A DNA stretch of 64,000 nt. Source: Octopus sinensis. Its lineage: Eukaryota. The position numbers were made by a program, and so were the translations under genes. Position 1 is the first letter of the stretch; the number at the start of each line of letters is the position of its first letter. Shown here piece after piece: positions 26,818 to 36,420 of this stretch. The stretch covers positions 26,970,001 to 27,034,000 of the forward strand of contig NC_043010.1 of assembly GCF_006345805.1 (NCBI RefSeq), in the 5' to 3' direction. Below the pieces are notes generated by a model. That model saw nothing but the letters and a program-made list of their open reading frames with translations, did not search any database and was not told the origin of the DNA.

Positions 26818-27109
26818 GTAAATTCAGAAATTTTATAAAAGTCAATAGAAATAAAGAATGTATCAGCTTATTTCCAAAACCATTTTCTCCATAACGAAAT
26901 ACAGTGAATGGCTTTCTTACACATTCAAATATGCCTCGAGCAGATTTGAACTGGTAATAACATTGCATTTATGCATATCACTGCTAGTCAGCCTGTATTT
27001 TATTTATGGTGAGCCACTGAATAGCACAACCAATCATTGAACAATGGTAAGAATATCATGAGATTGACCTGTCTCTCGTGTCAGTTTGCAGCACTTCCCT
27101 TTCTGGTGT

Positions 27110-27157
27110 TTGTAGCTGAAGAGGAGATAATCACTTTGAAATGCATGCATCCAACAG
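27110..27157 (+). ncRNA. Type I hammerhead-ribozyme motif, partly decayed
   Basis: UUGUAG-CUGAAGA-GGAG auaauca CUUU-GAA-AUGCAUGCAU-C-CAACAG: palindromic stem III, AUC triplet, G-U-rich stem II, one mismatch in stem I. Confidence 0.55.
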
Positions 27158-28145
27158 TCTAATTTGGGGGATACTGTGGACTGCCTTGTTGTATTTACAC
27201 CTATTTGTCTATAGTGAGAAATTTTCTCCATGACAAATTACAGGGAATGGTTTTCTCATGGGGTCAAATATGCCTCAAGCATATCTGAACTGCTAACAAG
27301 CTTGTATTTATACGTTAAGTCTGAATACAAGTTAGTGTGGTCACTGCTGGAACACCTTTCTTCATAAGTCTGAAGCTAAGCAACCACAACAATAACAACA
27401 CCATTAACAACAACACCAATAATAACAACAATAACGACGCCAATAACAACAACAACACCAATAACTACAACAACAACAACAATAACCACAACAATAACAA
27501 CAGCAGTAACAACAGCAATAACAACACCGATAGCAACAACAATAACAACAGCAATAACAACACCGATAACAACAACCACAACAATAACAATGACAAAGCA
27601 CTAATCTCCACCGAACTGATTCCTCCCTCATTTAATTGACTTCGTTTATCAAATTAATAAATGAGATCAGTAATGAATTGTTTGAGTAATTGTTCATTTT
27701 CACATCCACTGATTAGTAAATCCAACATTTCTGATTGTGTAATATATTGTTGTATTGGTGTAGGCGTGATTGTGTGATTGAGAAGTCTGCTTCCTAACCA
27801 CATGGTCTCAGGTTCAGTTCCACTGAGTGAAACCTCGGACAACTGTCTTCCATTGTAGCCCCAAGATATCCAAAAGCCTTGTGAATGGATTTGGCATACA
27901 GAAACTGCTAGAAGTCTACCATATATGAGTACACATGTGTGTGTATATATATTATCATCATCATCATCGTTTAACGTCTGTTTTCCATACTGGCATGGGT
28001 TGGACGGTTTGACTGAGGTCTGGAGAGCCAGCAACTGCACCAGGCTCCAATTTGATCTGGCAATGTTTCTACAGCTGGATGCCCTTCCTAATGCCAACCA
28101 CTCCAAGGGTGTAGTAGGTGCTTTTTATGTGCCACCAGCACAGTG

Positions 28146-28198
<53 letters not shown>

Positions 28199-28205
<7 letters not shown>

Positions 28206-28641
28206 ATACAGAGTACATTCAAACACAAAAGAGATATCCGAAGATTTTAATTAATGATAAAATGTTTTTTGGCTAATTCTGGAAGAAAATCAGCAATTTA
28301 TTTATTTAGTGCTGGTTGAGTTCCGCATCTGCGCAGTAAATTCGAAATATTAGAACCTATAGACACGTGGCTGATTACTTATAGCTCCATGTCTATGGAT
28401 TCAGTCTTGGCAACCTACTGAGGATGCAGCACCAGATATAGACTGAAATTATCTTATTTCAATCTGTATTTAAGTCTGCAGAAACCTTGCAGGGTCTAGG
28501 ATTAAAGTAAAAGTTTTTATTTTTCAATCACTTTCGGAATTACAATTGGTGGCTTGGAGTTTTAACTGCTCTTTCTAGCAAGTCAAGTATCCTATTCTTC
28601 GGGTATCTCTTTTGTGTTTGAATGTACACTGTATTCTTCTC
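28199..28641. mobile_element. 443-bp element with 45-bp inverted ends enclosing a hammerhead motif
   Basis: 28199-28243 and 28597-28641 are reverse complements with 2 mismatches. Confidence 0.8.
28414..28500 (+). ncRNA. Type I hammerhead ribozyme with long stem II
   Basis: CCUA-CUGAGGA-UGCAG...CUGCA-GAA-ACCUUGCAGGGU-C-UAGG; full core, GUC triplet, predicted cut after 28496; an inner hairpin (CAGAU/AUCUG, UGAAAU/AUUUCA) extends stem II. Confidence 0.75.
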
Positions 28642-28754
28642 TGAATAATATATAGTCTATTGACTAATCTTTTCTTTCTCGCTAGACCACTGGTAACTTA
28701 GAATTTTTCAATGAATATTCTTGCTACCCTAAGATTTTAATATATATATATATA

Positions 28755-29722
28755 TTCTTCTTAATCCTTTTTCGCCCCTTGTGGAGCATAGGGCCTCAAC
28801 AGTTGTTTTCTACTTTTTGCGGTCATTGGTGTGTTTCTTGGCTGCTTCCCATGTCAGGCTGGCAGTCCTGAGCTCGTCCAAAATTCTCCACTTCCATGTC
28901 TGCTTTGGGCATCCTCACTTCCTTTTCCCCTGCGGGTTCCAGTCAAGTGCTTGTCGTGTCACATTTGAGGGTTCTTTCCTCAGTGTGTGTCCGATCCATC
29001 TCCATTTCCTTCATCTAATCTGAACATGTATGGGCTCCTGGTTGGCCCTTTCCCAGAGGTTGGTGTTTGGCACTCTGTCGAACCACTTCAGATGGAGGAT
29101 CTGCCGGAAACATTTGTTGAATCTTCTTGTAGTTGCTGCAGGTGGCTCTCCATGTTTCAGAGCCATACAAAAGCACAGATTTTACGTTTGAACTAAATAA
29201 GCAGAGTTTAGTTTGAGTTGAGATGGCAGTGGACTTCAATACCAGCCAAAAAATAGTGAAGGCTTGCCAAGCTTTCTTGCTTCTTGCCGTGATGTCCTCG
29301 TCTGATCCACCTGATTTGCTGATCTTGCTGCCAAGATAGACAAACTCACTAATGTCCTCCACAGGTGCCCCCTCGATTGTGATTGACTCTTCCTGCTTGT
29401 TGTTGATACACAGCACTTTTGTTTTTTCCACCTGATCCTCAAGCCCACTTGTCATGAAGTTTCTGTCAGGTGGTCTACCTGCATGTCTTGCAGGCGATAT
29501 GACAGGAGTGTGAGATCATCTGCTTAGTCCAAGTCCTCCAGCTTGTTCATCAGTGTCCACTGAATACCTATCCTAGAGGTAGCATAGGCCGTCCTGGTGA
29601 CCTAGTCCAGCACGATGAGGAACAGGAGTGGTGACAACAAACAGCCCTGTCTGACTACCATGCTGACCCTGAATTCCTCCGACAATCTCCCAGCATGGAT
29701 GACCTGGCAAGAAAACCCCTCG
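28755..29722 (-). mobile_element. 5'-truncated RTE LINE of a second subfamily (no PHD insert), decayed
   Basis: Minus strand QGCLLSPLLFLIVL...LEDLD*ADDLTL...EFVYLGSKIS...LLYGSETW; short aagaagaa tail at about 28755. Confidence 0.88.
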
Positions 29723-31491
29723 TATATATACACATATATATACTATGGGCTTCTTTCAGTTTCTGTCTATCAAATCCACTCACAAGGCTTTGGTTGGTCT
29801 GAGGCTATAGTAGAAGACACTTGCCCAAGGTGCCACACAGTGGGACTGAACCCGGAACCATGTGGTTGGGGAGCAAGCTTCTTACCACACAGCCACGCTT
29901 GTGCCTATAATATTTAGATGATATAATATAATACGATATAATCCTTTCTACTGAAGGCACAAGGCCTGAAATTTTGGGGGAGGGAACCAGTCAATTATAT
30001 CGACCCCCGTGTTTTACTGGTACTTAATTCATCAACCTTGAAAGGATGCCAGGCAAAGTCAACTGTGGCAGAATTTGAACCCAGAACATTAAGACTGACG
30101 AAATACCACTTAGCATTTTGCCCAGTGTGCTAACATTTCTGCCAGCTTGCTATCTTATAATCATCATCATCATCATCATTTAACGTCCGCTTTCCATGCT
30201 GGCATGGGTCGGGCAGTTTGAGGACTGGCGAGCCAGAAGGATGCACCAGGCTCCAATCTGATCTGGCAAAGATTCTACAGCCTGATGCCAACCACTCCAA
30301 GAGTGTAGTGGGTGCTTTTATGTCCCACTGGCACGAGGACCAGTCAGGCAGTACTGGCAACGACCACGCTCAAAGGTGTTTTTTACATGCCACCTTTTTA
30401 CATGGCACTGGCAACGACCACATCCTTTTCTATTCTAGGCACAAGGCCTGAAATTTTGAGGGCGGGTCCAGTCAAGTAGATGGACCCCAGTATGCAACTG
30501 GTACTTAATTTATCGACCCGAAAGGATGAAAAGTTGACCTCGGCGGAATTTGAACTCAGAACATAAAGACAGATGAAATACCGCTAAGACTTTTGCCTAG
30601 CATGCTAATGATTCTGCCAGCTCACTGCTTGATATGATATTATATGATATCGTATAATATTGTATAATAAAATATGATGTATTATGTGTTTAGCTTTTGT
30701 TGATAACCTTGAAGCTTAATATGCTTTAAAGATATAACATTGCCTTAATAAGAGGCTTAAATTTAAAATAACACATCAAGTAGTTGGTGAACCATCAAAG
30801 CACCCCATCTTTACGGAACGCTTCAAAATAGTGGTTGGGGGAGGGTAGCAGAATACCATAGTAGAATACCTATCTGCTGAGGTACCATAAATATTCTGAG
30901 AAACTAAATGCAATATTTTGTAGAAGTGGAAATAGCTTATATTTATAGTTAACAGATGAAAGCGGCAGTTGGTTTGAGGTATAATCATTAGCATGTTTCT
31001 TCCAGACTATGATAGATATATAGATATCAGGTTGGAGTCTCTCATCTATTCTTTTTCTGTCCCAGTGTATATGGTGATATATGTGAATGTATATAAATGT
31101 GTAGACCACATCTGTATATGATCTGATTATGTGTGTGTTTGTGTGTGTGTAGCTGTCTAAAAATCCATGCGTCAGAACAAAACTGGCACTCATATATTGG
31201 TGTACATAATTGTTAATAAGACTTTTTTTCAATCATTACTCAACTTCTAGTAAGAAGCTAATTGGCTGTTTTGAGAACATTTTAATAATAATAATGATGA
31301 TTTCATTTATTTGCCACAAGGGCAAAGGGTGAGGGGGATAATACAAAGACAGACATAAAGTATAGGGGTTTGCATATAATGAAATGATAAAAAAGCAAAA
31401 TAAAAGGAAGTATACATGGTATACACTGAAAAAAAAAGAACATATGCATAGCATACAAAGATATAAAGGCTTAATAATGCATTATTATTAT

Positions 31492-31572
<81 letters not shown>

Positions 31573-31587
31573 GAGAGAGAGAGAGAG

Positions 31588-32111
31588 ATGAGTAACAAAG
31601 ACGTGTAAGTTTCACTACATTACAGCCGTTTCAAGTGACTCCTTTAATTGATTGATGAAAGCATTACATCATTACAAAGGAAACCATTCTCATCAGATGA
31701 CTGCATAGGCATCATGCATAAAGGACAAGTTAGATATTTAAACATATTCATATCATCAACAGAGAGCAAATATTGACAATGATTCCACTGCTAAAATTTT
31801 TGGCAGAATGCAAAAGAGATAGTACAGCGAGAAACAAACCACAGATTAGCATATTTCTGATTTGTCTGTTGCTGTACTGTCTCTTTTGCATTCTGCCAAA
31901 AATTTTAGCAGTGGAATCATTGTTAATATTTGCTCTCTGTTGATGATATGAATATGTTTAAATATCTAACTTGTCCTTTATGCATGATGCCTATGCAGTC
32001 ACCTGATGAGAATGGTTTCCTTTGTAATGATGTAATGCTTTCATCAATCAATTAAAGGAGTCACTTGAAACAGCCGTAATGTAGTGAAACTTAAACAGCT
32101 TTGTTACTCAT
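31588..32111. repeat. 524-bp near-perfect palindrome (241-bp arms, 42-nt spacer); each arm has a hammerhead-like motif (31618-31699 -, 32000-32081 +)
   Basis: The arms differ at only a handful of positions; CUGAUGA...GAAAC-(GGCU/AGCC)-GUA-AUG in each. Confidence 0.9.
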
Positions 32112-32518
32112 TTATATTTTACTCACCTACCCTGAAATCTGCACTTTGGAATTATTGGAAAATATCTTTATATAAAGTACTTGTTTGAACAAACAAGAGT
32201 GGATTTATTCACTAAGTTGGATCATACCATCTGCATACACTGCATGAATATCGGATGGAAAAAATTCTATGTAGAGTTTGATAATCATCTGATACTGTCT
32301 GAGTGTGTAAATAAGCTCATTCTAACAAGGTGCCTCAATTTAAGTACCTAATTCAACTGAATCTAAATTACATTTCTGTTGGTACTGTTACTGTAGATCT
32401 CTCACTCAGAGATTTAAAACAAGTTGTTTTTCTTTATATGAGATCAGCGACTGTGTGTCACTTAAAGAATATATATCATTTGAGAGTGGAGATAGCTTTC
32501 ATCACTAGCTTGTGGTTA

Positions 32519-32563
32519 ACTCACACTGAGGACGGATAACATCCAGAAACTTGGTCTGTGAGT
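32519..32563 (+). ncRNA. Minimal type I hammerhead ribozyme
   Basis: ACUCACA-CUGAGGA-C[GGAU aac AUCC]A-GAAA-C uug G-UC-UGUGAGU: 7-bp stem I, full core, GUC triplet, predicted cut after 32556. Confidence 0.8.
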
Positions 32564-32721
32564 ATCGCGTAAGGCTAGAGATGAGAGCAATGATCTCCCT
32601 TGCAAATGCTATAAGGACACAAACTGTGTTGACAGCCAGCTGGAAAAAATGTTTTCCTGGGGCTATAACAACAATAACATTGTCCTATATAGGACTGCCA
32701 CATTCTGTTGGTATATAATAT

Positions 32722-32773
<52 letters not shown>

Positions 32774-32886
32774 GTATATATATATGCACTCACATACATA
32801 CATATATATATATGCATATATGTATTTTAAACAGTTTGAGTCAGCTCTTCATTGGATGTAGGACACATCCATTTTTTCAGATGTTT

Positions 32887-32944
32887 CTGAACATCTGATG
32901 AGATGGATTTGTCCTACTTCCATGAAACTTAAAGTAATGTTGAG
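32887..32944 (+). ncRNA. Minimal type I hammerhead ribozyme
   Basis: AACAU-CUGAUGA-G[AUGGA...UCCAU]-GAA-ACUU a AAGU-A-AUGUU; palindromic stem III, GUA triplet, predicted cut after 32936. Confidence 0.72.
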
Positions 32945-33299
32945 TTGAGTTAAACTGTTATTAAATACATGTAGTTCCAATCAAATCTATTGAATGCTAT
33001 TTTATTTCATTTATTCAGTCTGTCTGTCCTGTTTTTGTTCCCAACTTAGACCCTCCATAAATCTCAAATTTTATTTTGGTACTTATGGGAGCAACTGTCT
33101 TTGAAGACTCATATTGTCATTCAGTGCTCGAAATGAGGAGTAGAAAGACAGCTGACAACTGATGAAGGTTCATTGTTTATATTACTTGTCCTGTTTTCCA
33201 TTTGTTTCTCTTGTTTGTGTATTGAACTCATTTGTTTTCGTATTTCATGTTGTTTACTGTTGTCCTGTACCCATACATGCATGCACACACACATACACA

Positions 33300-33341
<42 letters not shown>

Positions 33342-33478
33342 TTATTTATATTATTGTCTATATATATATATATATATATACAAACACATCTTTTATATCT
33401 TGTGTGTGTGTGTATAAATATGTAAATATATATGAAAATAAATATATGCATTTATTCATTTGTATGTTTGTTTTCAAG

Positions 33479-33683
33479 GCTTGAGGAACTGGAAAAAGGA
33501 GGAAAAGAAGACAGGCAGTTTGTGAAATGGCAGAACACAATGAAAGAACAAGATATGAAACAGTCAATGTTAGAATTGGAGAAGCTACGATTAAAATCGA
33601 AAATCATTCGAGAGGATGCCATTCTAGCAAAAGAGAAACTACAGGAAGAGAATCGACGCACAGTGCTGCAATTGAAACAAGAA
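33479..33683 (+). CDS. CFAP99: CFAP99-like exon C (LEELEKGGKEDRQFVKWQNTMKEQDMKQSMLELEKLRLKSKIIREDAILAKEKLQEENRRTVLQLKQE)
   Basis: Acceptor tgtttgttttcaag; donor GAA|gtaaga; lies within ORF 33432..33704. Confidence 0.9.
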
Positions 33684-34029
33684 GTAAGATTCTTCACTTC
33701 ATAATAATTTCATATGAGATTCTTCACCTCATATTCAACCTAATGCCCTTCAGACAAAGGACATTAAGTTGAGGAAATCAGTACCTTACCGTCTTTAGTT
33801 TAATTCTCTTTATGTTTGGAATTCGAATCCTGCCATGTTTCACTTCACCTTTGAACCTTCTAGGATCAATAAAACAGGATCTAAGTTCACCCTGGCAAAG
33901 CTGGGTGGTTAAGGATTTTGATTTACAAGGACATCTTTATGTTGATCTCACTGCCTGACACCTTGAGCAAGTATCTTCATCTTTTGCCTTAGATTGGTCA
34001 ATAATTTGTAAATGAAATTAAGATGGAAG

Positions 34030-34575
34030 AAGTTGTTAGCATCAGATATCTAGGTGACCTGATCAGCAGTGGAGCAGGGTTCTCTAAAAGCATTGCAACC
34101 GGAATAAGAATGGGCTAGAAGAGGTTCAGGGTGCTATTACCTAAGCTGGAATTAAAGGGTTTCTTTCTAAGAGTGAAAGGAAGATTGTATGTTACTTACA
34201 TACAAAGTGAGATCCTGCGTGGTAGTGAGACAGGAACACTAAACACTGAGGATTTGTGAAGGCTAGGAACAAACAAAGCAGACCCACTTTATTTTATGTG
34301 TAATGTTAGTGTACATGAATGATGAAGTACAAATGAGCTGAGTAAAAAAAAACTGTGTATAAGAGGAAACAGATGCAGCTTGCAAGAGAGAAGATTAGAA
34401 GATTACATTAGTATGGTTATGGGATATGTATGGATGATGACAGCTGTATAAAGAAGCATGGGGTACTTACAGTAAATCTAACTTATAATTGAAGAAAACC
34501 CTCAAAAACATAGGATAAAGGGGTAAAGATTGACCTCCAGATGCTGGGCCTCATGGAGGAGATGCCAAGAGACCA
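34030..34575 (+). mobile_element. Old, heavily decayed RTE 3' fragment
   Basis: Remnants of YLGDLISSG, LSLRVKGRLY, GSET and DLQMLGL. Confidence 0.6.
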
Positions 34576-35582
34576 CAGCAATTGAATACATGCAGTGTTT
34601 GAGAGAGCTGTAGAATCTGTTGCTGGTGCATGTAGCCAAGTATATCTCTGTGTGTGCAGATGCACGTGTGAGTGTATATGTGCATACATGTGAACAAGTG
34701 TGTGTGTTTGCATGCATGTGTGTGTGTATGCATGTAAATTTCACCTGTATATAATCGGTGAAAGATGAAAAGATCAGCAAACATCTTCCTAGGTGTGACT
34801 CGATCAACTGAAGACTCAACATTTTGTCTTTCATCTCTTTGCCTTGTGCTGTGCCCCATGACCTTGGAACAAGCATTACAACATTAGACGTAATACCTTG
34901 TGGTGTTTATTGCAGACTCTTTACATTCCAAGTTCAAATCCCACTAAAGCCAACGTTGCCTTTCTGAAATGAATAAAATAAAGTATCAGTCAAGTATTGG
35001 GGTCTACAATATTGAGTGTCCCCTCCCCTCAGAAATTGCTTGTAATCTACCTAAATTAGAAACGATTATTATTAGTAGTAATAGTAGTAGTAGTATTGGT
35101 GGTGGTGGTAAGGCAGTATGATGGAGAATCATTAGCGCACCGATCAAAGTGCTCAGTGGCATTTCATATGTCTGCACATTCTGAGTTCAAATTCCACTGA
35201 GGTTGACTTTGCTTTTCATCCTTCCAAAGTCAATAAAATAAGCCCCAGTTGAGCACTGGGATTCATGCAATCGACTTACTCCTTCCCGAAATTTCTGGCC
35301 TCATGCCGAAATTTGAAACCATTATTATTATTTTTTTTTTTTTTTAATAGTAGTAGTAGTAGTAGTAGTGAGGTAACAAACTGGCATAATCGATGGTATG
35401 TCAGATAAAATGTTTAGTGGCATTTTCACCCATCTACGTTCTGAGTTCCAATCCCACTGAGGTCGACCTTTGCCTTTCATCCTTTGAGGGTCCATAAAAT
35501 AAGGACCAGATACATACTGGGCTCAATGTAATTAACTAGCTCCTTCCCCAAAATTTCAAATCTTGTACATGCAACAGAAACA

Positions 35583-35616
<34 letters not shown>

Positions 35617-35681
35617 TATTATTATTATTATCGTTATTTTATTGTTATTGTTATTTGCTTTTTTTGTTATTTATTTTCCAG

Positions 35682-35740
35682 ACAGAGGAGATGCTACAAG
35701 ACTATCTTCAGCAACAGCTTGAAGAAGAACAACAATCAAA
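35682..35740 (+). CDS. CFAP99: CFAP99-like exon D (TEEMLQDYLQQQLEEEQQS+AA)
   Basis: Acceptor ttatttattttccag; donor AA|gtaagt; phase 0 in, phase 2 out. Confidence 0.85.
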
Positions 35741-36279
35741 GTAAGTATGATCTGGCAGGTGTATTCCTAAACATATAGGGACCTTGCAGCAGCCAATGCC
35801 TAAATTAGTTGGTTGGTAAAGATCCAGTCAATGTACATATAAGTGCGCACACACACACACATAAAACAGGTGTACTATTTAATGCTTTATGAACACACAC
35901 GCATTTCATCAAAACGCCATAATAGTTACGTAACATTTGTAGAAACATGATGTAAGCTAGCATTTCATTTCATCAGTGTTCTGCAATATCATCATCATCA
36001 TCGTTTAACGTCCATTTTCCATGCTGGCATGGGTTGGACAGTTCGACTGGGGTCTGGGAAGTCAGGAGGCTGTACCAGGCCCCAATCTGATCTGGCAGTG
36101 TTTCTACAGCTGGATGCCCTTCCTAACGCCAACCACTGCGAGAATGTAATGGGTGCTTTTTATGTGCCACTGGCACAGGGGCCAGAGGGAGCTAGCATCA
36201 ACCACGGTTGGATGGTGCTTTTTAGGGGAGTTACAACTACAATTTCCATTTGATTTGATGTTGATGTACTTGACTCAAA

Positions 36280-36384
<105 letters not shown>

Positions 36385-36386
36385 CT

Positions 36387-36418
<32 letters not shown>

Positions 36419-36420
<2 letters not shown>

